Source: Eledone cirrhosa (taxonomy: Eukaryota). Taken from it: 64,000 nucleotides of DNA. Below, one piece after another: positions 31,245 to 45,859 of this stretch (within the stretch, counting starts at the first letter, position 1; every line of letters begins with the position of its first letter). The translations under genes were made by a program, and so were the position numbers. The notes below the pieces were generated by a model. It saw only the letters and a list, made by a program, of their open reading frames with translations, did not search any database and was not told the DNA's origin. Location of the stretch: assembly GCA_964016885.1 (NCBI GenBank), contig OZ024746.1:29946001-30010000 (forward strand). The letters run 5' to 3'.

Positions 31245-31530
31245 TTCGTCTGGTTTTATAATTTCATACATTTTTACCAATAGAGAGAGAGACAATTTCT
31301 AACAGAAACAAGACTCTCATTTAAACAACATCAACTAGGTATATATTTATGCATGTCTGCATGCATGCATGTCTATGGAGGTATGGATGCTAATGCATGT
31401 GTGGATGTGGATGTTTTGAGTTATGTGTGCATGTGCATGTGCATGTGCATATGCTCTGTATCTGTACATGTGTATATGAAATTATTAGATGCAGAATTTT
31501 TGGAATATTCTACATATTATTACTGTTCCA
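31245..31530 (-). mobile_element. Second, shorter and more decayed copy of the RLE LINE 3' end at 25393-25680
   Basis: TCTGGTTTTATAATT..TTTTACCAATAGAGAGAGA..CATCAACTAGGTA..TTACTGTTCCAT shared; flanked by (ATGT)n. Confidence 0.8.
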
Positions 31531-32002
31531 TGTATGTATGCATGTATGCATACATACATGTATGGATGTATGTATGCATGTATGTATGCATGTATGTATG
31601 TATGCATATATGTATAGTTGTATTTATGCATATGCCAAGACGTATGCCTGAGTGGTTAGGCTGTTCGTATTACAATCGTACAAGCAGGCTGTTCAGTTCC
31701 TCGAACAACTGGAACACTCATCGTTGCAACCGATGGATGTCCAAGGTACGCAAGCACATATGCATATTATTTCTAGCGCAGCGTACACTGGCGATTCTGA
31801 AAAATTTGAGGCGTCTCAAATCCTAAGCATCTTTGACAATTTAAAACGCAAACACATTTTTCATATATCTGAGAACAATGAAATATTTATAATTCCATGT
31901 ATACATACATATATATATTTGCTAAAAGCGTGTGGTTCATATATATATAATAGATACATACATCCACACACACACTCACGCACACACACACACACATATA
32001 TA

Positions 32003-32258
<256 letters not shown>

Positions 32259-32990
32259 ACATACATACAGGGAACGAATAAGAAGCATATTTTATAAATG
32301 TTAAATGAGCATATGAATATAGATATATGATTATAAATATGTATTGTTTATTTTATAATTTATTCTCTCGACCATAATTCAATTTTAAGGAATTTTTCTA
32401 TACTCCATAAAATTCCTGTATCTGGGAACTAGGAATTATCCTTAGGAAAATAGCTTTACCAAAGAATTATATTGAAAGATAATAAGAAGATTTATTTGAA
32501 TATTACTATAGAAAATTCCATATTATTTCTTTTGACATGAAACATTGTAGAAGCGCCAAATTCTTTTCCAACTGTATTATTTTGTTATTTTCAGTAAAAT
32601 TTCTCCATTCATCCATTTTAAAGTAGTGCTTATCCATTATAAACTATACCTCTCCCATTGTTGTATAAATAATGATAGTCCTCGCCAGGGAAGAAAAATG
32701 ATTTCTTCGAGTAAATATTCCGTTACTATGGTGCCTGAAATTGTTCGCCTTTTTCTAAAGTCCTGTGAGTGTAACTGAAAGATAAACTTGCGTTCCAGAA
32801 AATTAAGATTTACAACCGAACCACAACCAATATATTTTCTTGGAAAAGAACCTATTTCAAGGAAAACGGATTGTCAGCATATTATCTTATATTCCATGCA
32901 TATTATATAAATGTTAGTATATAATATTTATTATATTATATCATATTATATTATATTATATCATATTATATTATATTATATCATATTGTG

Positions 32991-33172
32991 AATTGGCAGT
33001 ATCGGTAGAGGGGCGGACGCCATGCTTTGACACATAGAGTTACGGCTCTTGCCATTCTGAGTTCAAAACCCGCCGAGGTTAAATTTGCCTTTCATCCTTA
33101 CGGGGTCGGTAAAGTAAAGTACCAGTAATGTACTGGGTAATTGCTGGTCTTGTGCCAATAGTAGAAACAATT
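32991..33172 (+). mobile_element. Family A SINE inside an (ATATT)n microsatellite
   Basis: Highly similar to the reverse complement of 147-331; pentanucleotide repeats on both sides. Confidence 0.88.
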
Positions 33173-33879
33173 ATATCATATTATATTATATTATATTATA
33201 TTATATTATAGTTTTATCCTATTATTTGTATTATATTATTTGTATTATATTATTTCTATTATATTATTTCTATTATATTGGTAGCCTACGTGAATAATTT
33301 AAAGATTTTCTTCTGAATAAAAAAAAAGAAGGGAAAACCTTTCCGTGTAACCATGACAACTAGAACAAAATTGTCCCAAAATGATCTTTTATCGTAAATT
33401 ATGATTCGTGCATGGATTATTTGCTTTTATTTCCCATAAACTTGCTCAACTAGCGACCATAATCATGCTCTGTCTTATAAAGTAATCTTCTACTGTCAAC
33501 TGATATAATAAATGCTAGGTTAGTAACAAGGCCATTAGATGGGCATTATTTTTTAACATGTCTTTTGTATTTAAATCCTTGTTTGTCAAGGTAATTTTAC
33601 CCAGAGCCTGTATACAGCAATATATACGATATATACTTGAAAGTATTTTGACAGAATTAGGTCACACCTGTCGTAATTAACGATCTGCCAAATTACAGTG
33701 ATTTTATACCGATCGATAAGTAACCACAATCATATGTGGTGAGTGTTTGTATACAAATTTATATATATATATATGATATATATATATATACATTTGTATA
33801 CAAACACTCACGACATATTATTAACATTGTAAATAGTTACTTCTCCACATTTACTCATACATTTAATGCTGCATGTCAT

Positions 33880-34455
33880 CTGTACATGTTTTCCGCCTCC
33901 AACTTAGGTGCTTCAGCCACAAACCACGGTAATGTGGGTTCCCAACACAGAGATAGGAAGAAAAGAAAATACCGGGTCTTGTTCGGCCGCTCCCACTTCA
34001 CATCGGTCGCCGTTGAGAGGTAAGGCGCCCTCGGATCCCATACTGCGGAGCTCCTCCATGAAATCGGAGCGTCAGCAGCGCGTCTGATGAAGTAACCCCG
34101 CGAGGTAGGGTGGCTGATGCAGCGGGTGTCACTGGCCATTATCCACCGAAATGCCGAAACACCGACCCGCTCGAGGCATAGAGCTCGTCTCCATCTTCCC
34201 TTCCCCATCCCTTTCTTTCCATAATAACCCTTGATTTTTTTCCCTCCTTTTCTTTTTATTACAGCATTTATAGCATTTATTCTACTTTCTTATATTGCCA
34301 GATCTTCCTTTCTTTACCCCTTTCGCTTGTTTTCATTACATATATTTGTTTTTATCTATTTGTTTCATATTTTCATCATTGAATAACTTCTTTTTGTAAA
34401 ATATAGTTGAAATTGTATGTTTCTGTATAATTGATTCAATAAAGAATTTATTAAA
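33880..34455 (+). mobile_element. CRE-clade (RLE) LINE 3' end, decayed
   Basis: One frame reads ..RDRKKRKYRVLFGRSHFTSVAVER*GALGSHTAELLHEIG..*PREVGWLMQRVSLAIIHRNA, matching the CRE-type K..KY..F.P.A.E..G..G..QR.S.AI..GNA terminus. A pyrimidine-rich 3' UTR and AATAAA (~34438) follow. Confidence 0.75.
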
Positions 34456-34859
34456 GTAAACAAAAATGAAATTGTAATTATATCCTAGCAACCAATTATT
34501 GAAATATCGTTGTTATCTTTAATCACGTCCCCGTGTCAGTAATCAACATAAAACAAATTGTTTCTTACATGTGAAACATTAATTTATCTAATACTCGAAT
34601 TTCTCTGTTCCTATGGTTGTTCACATATCCGGAAATCCAGGTATATATGGCACACCAATCCGCGCCCAACAAATTAAGTATGTTCAACGCTATTGACGTC
34701 AATTTTCACGGCAAAAGACTATTAGGTAATAAAAATATAACTATCAATGCAAGAACGCATGCACCTATACACCAATATATAGATATGAAGATAGATAGAT
34801 AGACTGACAGGCAGGCAGACAGACAGAGAGATAGACAGATAGATGGATAGATAGATATC

Positions 34860-37493
34860 TTTCTTTATTTGCCACAGAGGCGTACAAAAATGGGACATTA
34901 CAAGACGTGACGGCGGGGTGTTACATAAAAATCATATAACTTTAACATTAATAAATAACAATAAACTATATATAATAAAATAACAATTGAAATCCCCCAA
35001 TAAGGGGGAACGTTACTGCAGGGTTGTTTTACACCTCGTGGATAGAACAACCCTCAACACCAGGAACACGTTTTGTAGGTGTTACCGTCTTCTCTCTGTT
35101 CATCTTCATCAACCTACAGGTTTATATACAGAGAAGGCCCATTCACTCGGGCCATTTTCGTCACATTCATCCACCTTTCAGCGAATTTACTGGGGTGTAG
35201 CACCTCTCTCTCCACTCTCACCTTCCTTCTGAAGTGATACTTAAAGAAGGGGGTAAGTTGTTGTCCGGAGAGAAAGGTGTTTGCCCTCAGTCCTTTTAAC
35301 CTCGTCCAGCATATTACCTCTTTCGCAATAGCCACCAGACAGAGGAAAACCGCCTCTCTTTCATTCTTAAATGAAGGTGATGGGCTGATCCTCACGATGG
35401 ACTCAGCTGACAACTGGATGCGTCCCACACGTGACAGTAGCTGTTCGACATAATTCCACAGGTTGGTCACCCCTGGGCACTGAACAATTGCGTGCAGAAC
35501 GGTTTCGGCGTCCTGCTCGAATCTAGGACAGGTCCTTTTGGCAGGATCTCTGCCACAGCGTCCGTGCCTGTAGATTTTATCTCGAACTGGTAGAGCTCCT
35601 CGGTAGAACTGCCAGGCCAGAGATTTCTGGAGGTTATCCATAGGCCCTGGACGGAAAGTCCTCCCGAACTGACTGGTCAGTTCGTCCTCCTCGATGCATA
35701 GAGTTTCCCCGAAACGTCGTTGCACTTATCCTCCACTAATCCCCTATAGAATGTCGAAGTGGAGTCTCTGCTGATTGCCGTTTCCACTTGGCTGTGAGCG
35801 CCTGATGGCACCAATTTTCAGTCTTCGCTTGACCCATGACTGCAGCTCTATTAGTGAGACGAATGTGGAAGAGCTTGTCTCACAAACGACAGCAACACCG
35901 GTTCGTCGGTCAGGAATACCTGGAGATGGCGTAGCCTCAGCGCGTGTTTGCGTATCATCAGCCACGGCATGCCCAGCCCTCCGTTAGAAGGGTGTTGACA
36001 GCAGATGGATCTCCTCACCAATGGAGCCTGTTTCTTCCAGAGGAACTTGAAGAGTAGGCGTTCCATTTTGGTGAGGTATTCGTGGGGACAAGGCACTTCT
36101 GGGAGAGTGCAAACACCTTCGCCGTGACCTCGTTCCAGTTCTTGTCCAACTGGAGGTCTGAACCAAACCAGACCCCGAGCATTTTCACCGGTCCTTCCGT
36201 CCAGCTTCCAGCTACACTGTCGGAAGACATGGGTCTACCTCTCCATGTGCCGCGTTGCAAACCGACAGACTTGTTTGGGTTTAGTCTTGCTCCTGTCAAC
36301 GTTTTGTATTCCTGTAATAGGTTGCCGATTACCCCTATTTCCAAGGTTTTCTACACCATTCCGGTTACGCCTTCGGCGTAGGCCGACGCTGCTTTCCGCA
36401 GTCTTGGTTCGATCGGGATGCCCTGCAACAGCTCCAATTTCCGCAGTAATGGCTCGAGAGTCAGTACATACAGAATGGAGGAGACAGGGCATCCCTGACG
36501 GATGGAGAGTATGATTTGGAATGGCTCCGATAGGTAGCCATTCACCTTGCTTGCCGAGCAGATGCTGGTATGCATGGCAGCGATCCAGCCTATGAAGACA
36601 GGACTGAAGCCGGCCGCCTTGAGAACCGCTTCCAAGTATTGATGGTCGATCCTATCAAATGCCTTAGATTGATCTAAATTGATCAGAGCCCCACCGAAGC
36701 CAGGTTTACACCCTACCCTCTCTATGATGCATCGCATGATGTGGAGGTTGTCGTGTATGAACCTGGTCGGGATTGCACACGTTTGCGCTTCCCCTACCAA
36801 ATTCTCGACGACAAGCGCCAGCCTCGTTGCTAACACCTTGGCGAAAATCTTTAACTCTGTGTTGAGCAGAGTTATGGACCTGAGATTGCTTATCTCATCC
36901 CTCTTGTTCTCATCTTTCCTGATCAGTGTTACTACGCCTCTGCCTACAGAATTGGGAATACTCCCGTTCTGCTGCGTGTTGCAGTAGACCGCTTCGAGGA
37001 GGCCAGAGAACAAGTCTGGCATGCCTATGTAAAACTCATAGGATAGACCATCTAAACCGGGTGGTTTGCGTTTCCCGATGCAGCCTATGGCATCTTCTAT
37101 TTCGCCCGCTGTGATCTACCTTTTGCAGCTCGCTGCAACCGTGATCGAGAGTCGAGGAACGCCGTCGAGGTAGGAACTGAAGCCCATCACCTCGCATGGC
37201 GTACCGCTTTGCCCAAACAATTGTGCAAAATGCTGCTGGAAGGCCGTGAACATCTGTTTGTATTCAAGTAAAATGCGTCCATCTTTGTCTTGCAAAGACC
37301 GAATTGTAGATTTATTGCCACTTTTCGCCCTGCCACTCAGGCCCAGCTAACAGCTTTGGTTCCCTCGTTTCGTAGAGTACGTGTTCTACTTCTGATAATA
37401 GAACCTTCGTGTTTCACATTGAAGAACTGGTCTAGTGCTATTCTCGCCGCTAGAACGTCAGCTGTACTGCCATTCCTAAGTGCCCCTTCTACT
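34860..37493 (-). mobile_element. 5'-truncated L1/Tx1-clade LINE: RT, CCHC zinc knuckle and 3' UTR, frameshifted, inserted in (GATA)n
   Basis: KPPGLDGL, LRSITLLNTELKIFAKVLATRL, LDQSKAFDRIDH, IRQGCPVS, AYAEG (decayed YADD), LNPNKS, GGLGMP and CPRF..ETVLHAIVQC. AATAAA followed by (TATC)n at the 3' end. Confidence 0.93.
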
Positions 37494-37547
37494 TAGATAG
37501 ATAGATAGATAGATAGGTAGATAGATAGATAGATAGATAGATTATAT

Positions 37548-37613
<66 letters not shown>

Positions 37614-37841
37614 GGATTGATAAACAAACAGATAGATATATATGCATATATAATTATAGATACACTATTGAGGAATTGTATTGTTTTGCTTTGTTGTGTA
37701 ATTTTAAAAGATGGCAGAGTAGGATTGGAGGGATATTTGACTGCTATTTCTAAAAGTTGGAAGAAGAGCATAAATGTTACTTCGTTAGCTCATCGAAGCC
37801 TACATGCACACACACGCACACCACACACGCACACACACACA

Positions 37842-37877
<36 letters not shown>

Positions 37878-38442
37878 CACACACTCACACACACGCACAT
37901 GCACACACATTCACACACACATATTACTGATGGACTTAGAACGCCTGTTGCTCAGTAAGGTGAAGTCTTGAAGATTTATGATTATAATTTATCTCCTTTT
38001 TCTAAGGATTTGCTCTCTCTTTTCCTTTCCTTTTCAGTTGACGTACTTTGGTTTGCAGCGTATTATTTATTATATTCTTTTGTTTTCGTCTTTCCTTGTG
38101 TAATTCAGCGAAAAGTATATACATCCTCTTTTTGTTCCTACATGTTTTTTGCGTACAAATGGTCACTGGATTGGACAGTATCAATTTTAAAGCTTCGAGA
38201 CAATAGTGATCTTCAGGCTTTGACTGAGGAGATGCGTCTCTCCATTTTTCCGTTGTTTTTTTTCCGTTGTTTTCGTCCGGTGCACACTGTTTTGAAATTC
38301 ATATTCGAAAGTATTAGACATGCGGACCATTTTTGACGCGCGCGCATACACAGACACATACATGCATACATACATACACACACACATATATATATATATA
38401 CGATATTAACAAATGGAAACTATATTTATAAAACCATATTTA

Positions 38443-38503
38443 TTTCATTATACATATTTCAAGGACACCAAGTTAAATTATGGTGTGCTTTCATCAGATA
38501 AAA
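38443..38503 (-). ncRNA. Type I minimal hammerhead ribozyme (copy 1)
   Basis: TTTTAT-CTGATGA-[AAGcACACCA taatttaact TGGTGTcCTT]-GAAA-TATGTA-TA-ATGAAA, overlapping AATAAA. Confidence 0.65.
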
Positions 38504-38599
38504 TATAATATAGATCACTTTTATAAATAAATATTGATATACCCTTAAAGAATGCAACCATTACTGTTGGAAGCTCCCGGATAGTGGAGTTGTAGCTAC

Positions 38600-38646
<47 letters not shown>

Positions 38647-38662
38647 TGTATATATATATACA

Positions 38663-39351
<689 letters not shown>

Positions 39352-39662
39352 TCAAACATACGGTATATTGCGGTATATATATATATTTGGGGTTTTTATT
39401 TATTAATTTTTTTATTTATTTTATTTATTTATTTATTCATTTATCTATTTATTCATTTATTTATTTATTTAGTTACTTATTTATTTATTTCAAAAAAGCA
39501 CTCTGGCTAATTGACCACTCCCCAAAGAAAAAACGGCCTGGGCCATGTTGTGGTCCTGTGTATCTAAATACCTTCCTACCCAAAAAAATCCCCCCCCCCC
39601 AGCCACCACCCCTCCCTTACCACTACCTAAATGTATAAATACCAGAACTTAATATGACACCC

Positions 39663-39713
39663 AGCTTCCTGAAGATTTCATCTGAATGAAACAGTACTAG
39701 TCCTGTAAAAGCT
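39663..39713 (+). ncRNA. Type I hammerhead ribozyme motif
   Basis: AGCTTc-CTGAAGA-[tTTC atct GAAt]-GAAA-CAG tactagtc CTG-TA-aAAGCT; AATAAA ~10 nt downstream. Confidence 0.55.
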
Positions 39714-39799
39714 CCTTCTATACAATAAAAAATGTTTACTCTGCCATGTATTGACTACCTTACTTACTGTGGTTATCCCCGACTCAACCCGGGACCTAC

Positions 39800-39872
<73 letters not shown>

Positions 39873-39914
39873 GATATTAAATAAATGTAAACCATATTTA
39901 TAAAACCATATTTA

Positions 39915-39969
39915 TTCTATTATATATTTCAAGGGTACCAAAACTTTGGTATGCTTTCATCAGATAAAA
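39915..39969 (-). ncRNA. Type I minimal hammerhead ribozyme (copy 2, homologous to 38443-38503)
   Basis: TTTTAT-CTGATGA-[AAGcaTACCAAA gt TTTGGTAccCTT]-GAAA-TATA-TA-ATAGAA, then AATAAA. Confidence 0.65.
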
Positions 39970-40013
39970 TATTTATATTTGTTGAATTACCAACAAATTG
40001 AATATCCCTTTTG

Positions 40014-40070
<57 letters not shown>

Positions 40071-42900
40071 CACATACCACAGCATAGGCTACAAAAAGTA
40101 TGGCTTAAAATCTGACATGATAATTAGGAATCTTTTCATGGGGCCCAATAGAGAAACTGGCATGCTGCTACAATTTTAGTCTCGTGTAAATATAGTATAT
40201 TTTTAAATAGATTGTCGTAAAGTTATTCTACCATCCTTGCCTTCTATTGCAAACAGGTGGAAAGTAACCGTTTTAATATGATGTGTTACACTGTCTGTAA
40301 ACTCATTGTCTTTGTTCTATAGGAACGTGAATGAATACATAAATAATAAACTAGACACCTAGCGGCACTTCAAAAGCAATCAACATTACTCACATCAACT
40401 ATTTAGGGTAACATTTGTAATTTATAGGAAAAACTTGAGCCACTTAGCGCAACTCAACCCTTGAAATAGTTTTATTCATAATTTATATCCACCGAGATAT
40501 CTTCGTTGGACACAACTATAAATCTAATTTGATGAAATTTGTCTTTTGCTTATCTCACAACGATTAGTTTTACAATATCTTCAATGAAAATTTATCTCCC
40601 TCGATAGAAATATATATTGGATACGATAAAAGGAATTAAGGAAATTTCCAAGATTTTGTAAATTTTATGTAGCTTTGATAATTTCCCAAGACCAAAAGGA
40701 ATTGGATAAGTTTGAATAAATGTTGCTTCATAGAAATTACTTAAAAGAAAGAAACCCCGATTATATCCGGCGATCAGTTATCAACAAAAGGTATAGAAAC
40801 GTGTTTGATTTGAATCTATCGATCTGGAAAACGAAAGGAACAAACGAAATTTATTTAGTAGTACAGTCGGCCATATGTCAGTGACAGTAAACTTAGTAAT
40901 TTATATTTTGGTGTCAGATTTGATCTTGGTACTGTAGGCTAGCAAAATCCGTGTTACGTAGATTAACTAATACCGAGTAATTGTATAATTTGTCTACATC
41001 TGTTCTCCGCTCTGATGTTGCATAATGTTATCGGAAATATTTAATACAGACCATTGAACATAGGGATGAAATATCGTAGAGGCTACACATTGGTGTCATA
41101 GGGAATATTGTTTCTCGCCTATAAAATCATCAAAGCAAAGATGATAATATAGATAAAGTTTTGAAGCAGCGGTTTTTGTTGTAAGAATGGAAATTATGAA
41201 CGTTTGGAAGGATATAAAATCGATGGGCTGTGAGTTGATCTTGAGTCAAATGTTTAATATTTGGTAAGTGATAGGTGTATTTAATCTGGCTTTGTCATAC
41301 CAATAGACAAATTGTGGTTATTTAAGAGGTGATAGAATGGGTCGACCAGTTAGTCCTTCATTTGTTCCCAGAGCTAAATACATCAGTAAACAAATAGTTG
41401 ATGTTTGATAAGTAGTAAGAGGTTCAGTTGATTTCATGACCTAGTTACGGCAGTAGACAAATGGTAGATATGTGGGAGATAATGGTGGAAGGGAGCGGAG
41501 TTAATCTTTAGTCTACGACCTAGTTACCGTAGTAGACAGATCTTACTCGCTCAATTTCCTCTTTACCTATTTAATAAAATAATTTTGCAGAAGTCAATTT
41601 TGAAGCAGTATGCTAAGGAGAAAATAATGTAAGCAGTCTTTAGTTCAAGATCGATATAAATATTGATAAGTTGTGGTGTTATTACTTAAACTAATAATCT
41701 CCTTATGATTGATAATAACACAGATATCCCACCCAATAAACTGTACCTCACCTCAGTATACGCAATATAATATATCGAATTATATATTAACTTTCGTTTT
41801 ATAATTTAACTTTCGGTTGGAATCTATTACACATTACACAGGAAAAAACTCACTATAATAACGCAAGTCTGTCACGCTTTCATATTTCAACTCACAATAC
41901 AATTTCCATCAAATTGTTTTAAACAATAACAGCAACAACAGCAATAGCAGTAATGATATAGGAACACGCTGCTTTCCAATGAAGATATTCCACACCATAC
42001 ATATCCCCCTGCCCAATCTTTGCGTGACTTGTTCCTAAAAGTTGGGCAAAGGCCAAGATAATTTGCTGTTTCTAGACGTACATACAGTGTAGAGAGTTGT
42101 TGGCCGGTCATATTAAATCGCTCAAGTAGCTATTTACTGAAATAAGATCAAAGGTTGTGCGCCGTAACCAAGATATAACCGAAGTCTATCAAAGATTGAT
42201 TGTCAGAAACTATAATTAGTGCCGACATTTCCAACTTTTGAAAAGGCTTCAAGAGGATTTCGCCTTCTTCAATCGTCGTAAAAATGCATTTTTCTAACAC
42301 GTGTCAGCCAAACATACACTCGGCATTGTGTAATTAATCATTAAATAATTAAATACTGAAATACTAAACTAATGAATTAATTCATCAAGGTAATAAAAGA
42401 AAATATAATAAAATATATAAATGCTTAATGAATGTAATCAATACAATTTAGTATTGATTTTCGGAGAATTTCTCATTAAATTAGTTTCATTTGAGATAAT
42501 TTTGGGAGAGTGATTTGATTTAAGTCATTGTTTCACACTGTTCTCTTTCTTCTAAATATGTTTATTATTTATGTTGCTACTCATCAAATCTGTTTGAAAT
42601 GTCTATAGAGTTTCCTTTTCGATTTAAAGCAATTTAATAGCTTGAAAAATAAAAAAATAAAATATCCGACGCTATTTACCTTCCATAATTCACAATTGTC
42701 TGACCGTTCTCTATAATTTTCTGTTGTGATTATATTATTGTGTATTTGGTGGTTGTTAATGTTGTATTATGCCTGTGCTACCATAGTTGAACTTGTCTGT
42801 CCTTTTATAAACAACATTTCCTTTTAGTCGGCATGAAGCCAACATTTTGGGAAGAGATATTATGTAACATTGATTTAACACTAGTATATTGATGGTATAT

Positions 42901-44405
42901 GCGGTAAATTGGCAGAGTCGTTAGAACGTTGGATAGAATCTTTATCGTATTCGTCCGACCCTCTGTACTCTGAGTTCAAATGCTGCCGAGGTCAACTTTG
43001 TCTTTCATCCGTTTAAAGTCGATAAAAAGTACCATTCTTGTCCTGGGGTCGATTCTTCCTCTACATCGCCTTCTCATTTCCTCTCTCTCACTTTCTATCT
43101 TTATCTGGAAGAAATATGCTGTACTCAGGCTTGGAGAGGGATAGGCTGCACCAGGCTTCACTTTATTATCGTTGTTTCTCTGTCAGTATTTGGATTGAAA
43201 GATATCAATGCTGTCTACTGTAGACTGAGCTATCTAATACCATTTGTATAGTTCTTACTGTGTCAAGTAAGAAAGAATTCTGTAGAGTCAGTTTAACCCA
43301 ACCAGTCACTCTTTCAAACTCTGTCTCTAAGGTTCCTATTACAATTGTTATTATTATCATTAAAGGCAGGGCGTTGGATTGGCAGAATCAGTAGAGCGTT
43401 GGACAATATACTTTGTGACATAGTATTACGGCCCTTTACGTTCTGAATTCAAATACCACTGAGATAATATGTGCCTTTCATCATTACGGGGCCAATAAAA
43501 TAAACTACCAGTAACATACAGAGATTGATGTAATCGAATTTCCTCTCCCCCAAAATTGCTGACCTTTTGTGTATAGTAGAAACCATCATTATTGCCGAGG
43601 TTAACTTTGCCTTTCATCCTTACGAGGTCGATAAAATAAAGTACCAGTAATGCACTGGGTAATATCTGGCCTTGTGCCTAAAGTAGAAACAATTATTATT
43701 GTTAAAGGGTTGTGGATTGTTAATATCGGTGGCGTGTCGGAAATATGCCTTGCGGCACTTTAGCTTCTGAGTTCAAATACCGTCAAGGTTAGCTTTGTCT
43801 TTCATCATCACCGGTTCAATAAAATAAAGTACCTGTAATGCACTGGGCTCGATTTAATCAATTTTCCCATCCCCTAAAATTCTTGTCAATGTGCCTAAAT
43901 CAGAAACAATTATTAAAGTGCGGTGGCTAGGCAGTATCGGTTGAACGTCGGACTACATGCTTTGTGGTATACATTTCCGCCCCTTTATGTTCTCAATTCA
44001 AATCCCGCTAACGTTATTTTGCCTTTCATCATTTCGGTGTCGATAAAATAATATACCAATCAATTACTGGAGTCGATATAACCGACTTTACCCTTTCCCC
44101 TAAATTGTTGGCCTTGTGTCTGTGGTAGAAATCATTATTATTATAATCAGGGCGGTGGATTGGCAGTATCGGTGGTGGGTCGGACGTCATGCTTTCCAGC
44201 ATAGTTACGTCCCTTTACGATCTGAGTTCAAATCCCGCCGAGGTTGACTTTGCCTTTCATCCTTACGGGGTCGATAAAATAAAGTACCAGTAATGCACTG
44301 GGTAATTGCTGGCCTTGTGCCTAAAGTAGAAACAATTATTATTATAATCAGTAATGTACTGGGATAATTGCTGGCCTTGTGCCAAAGTAGTAGAAACAAT
44401 TATTA
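42901..44405 (+). mobile_element. Cluster of about six same-strand family A SINEs (42901-43033, 43364-43590, 43593-43698, 43710-43915, 43919-44140, 44150-44345) plus an extra tail
   Basis: Repeated GGATTGGCAGTATCGG / GAGTTCAAAT / TTTGCCTTTCATC / GTAGAAACAATTATT units. Confidence 0.85.
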
Positions 44406-44689
44406 TTATAATCATCATCATCAACATTATCAACTTCATCAACTTTATCTGAGGGCGGTAGAACGAAAGAATCAATAGCGGTTATTGTTCCGTCTCTTTT
44501 CTATGTCAACTTTATTTTTCGACTTTCCCGTCCGACGAAAGTCCGGCTGGGTAAGTCAATCTTATTCTAGTTTTCGCCCCACACAATTTGTTGGCCTCGT
44601 GAATAATATAGATTTAGGCTAGGTTTTTACAGCGCGAGCATGTTTTATCTTCGTAATATAAAATAAAAAAATGAGTTGAAATGTGCGCA

Positions 44690-44769
44690 ATTAGTTGTCG
44701 TGTGTGGCCTTCAGACAACACATATGTGACCCTTATGGCCCTCGGGGAACTCTCAATTTGACATGCCTG
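44690..44769. mobile_element. One end of a hAT (Charlie-like) DNA transposon
   Basis: TGTGGCC..TGGCCCTCGG subterminal motifs, TIR-like TTTGACATGCCTG, then GGCTAGAG resembling the NTCTAGAN target; partner end not found. Confidence 0.45.
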
Positions 44770-45516
44770 GGCTAGAGTATTTAGGATGCCGGACGGAATG
44801 CTTTACGTTCTGAGTTCAGCGACCGCCGAGACCAAGTTTATCCCTCTTGTTTGATAAATATAAATGCAATCAACTAATTGAGTCCGTTTAATGGATTAAG
44901 CCTCCCTTAAATGTTTGGAATTTAACTTGAATTAGAAACTACTAATATCATTCCTTTGATAATGTGAGTTTCTGCTGTGTACCACCAGGTACACCTCTAT
45001 GTACACCTCCATGGCCTCGAGGTTTTGCTGTATTGTGAGTTCTTATGTTTTTGTTAGTGAAGAACATCTGTTACTGTTTTCTTGTGTGGACAATCTTGTT
45101 TTTAGTGTTAGCGTAGTCTTTAATCTATTGTGTATACTATGTGTAACGTGAGTTGTGTTATTTTAATGTATATACATCTTGTAGAATATGTGTTAAGTGA
45201 GTTGTGCTATTTTGTTAGCTGTTTATTGTATTGTGTGTATGTTGTGCCTGGAGATTTTCATTGTAACTTTAATAGAGAACTTTATTTTGGAATATAGCAT
45301 TCACATCTTTTTTACATGCCATTATTTAAATTATGACCTGCACACCACTTCCATTGAAAGTTAGTTCTTAGGTAATATGAGCAGGTGTTTTCTAGGGAGA
45401 TATAATGGATTCCTAAGTTATGTGGTGATAATTATATAAAAACAAAACAAATTTAAATACGTCTGCATACACATTATTTACACAGGAATAAGGAAGTATA
45501 CCGAGATTCACATTCG

Positions 45517-45763
45517 TTTGCTCACTATAATAGCTTCACGGCACAAGCATTGCTTTATATCTGGAGATCTCTCTGCACTTGTCGTCACATGGTACCATGG
45601 GCCCAGCCCTATGTGTCAATAATTGTCACAAGTGTAGTCTTTGTGCCAGAGTTTTCAAGTCGCTGGCTGGACTAAAAAGTCACATTTGTTCAGCGCATCG
45701 GTAGGGGTTCTCCTATATGGATATAAAGTAGTGACCGTACTCGAAAACGAGTTGGCAGCCACC
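45517..45763 (+). mobile_element. 5'-truncated copy of the 26148-26756 element
   Basis: Close match to 26510-26756, followed by an ATGT-rich tail. Confidence 0.85.
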
Positions 45764-45859
45764 ATATACTTATGTATATGTGTATACATGCATGTGTATA
45801 TGTCTGTATATATGTATGTATGTATGTATGTATGAATGTATGTATGTATGTATGTATGT

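Noticed and set aside
34084-34186. Apparent hammerhead (CTGATGA...GAAA-TGCC..GGCA-TA)
   Set aside because: Stem I and stem II do not pair convincingly, and the stretch is explained as CRE LINE coding sequence.
37925-38340. Possible hammerheads (CTGATGG..GAAG plus; CTGAAGA..GAAG minus)
   Set aside because: Cores incomplete and stems II/III unsupported.
44150-44240. A-box/B-box segments as tRNA genes
   Set aside because: No full cloverleaf; always fused to the SINE body and tail.
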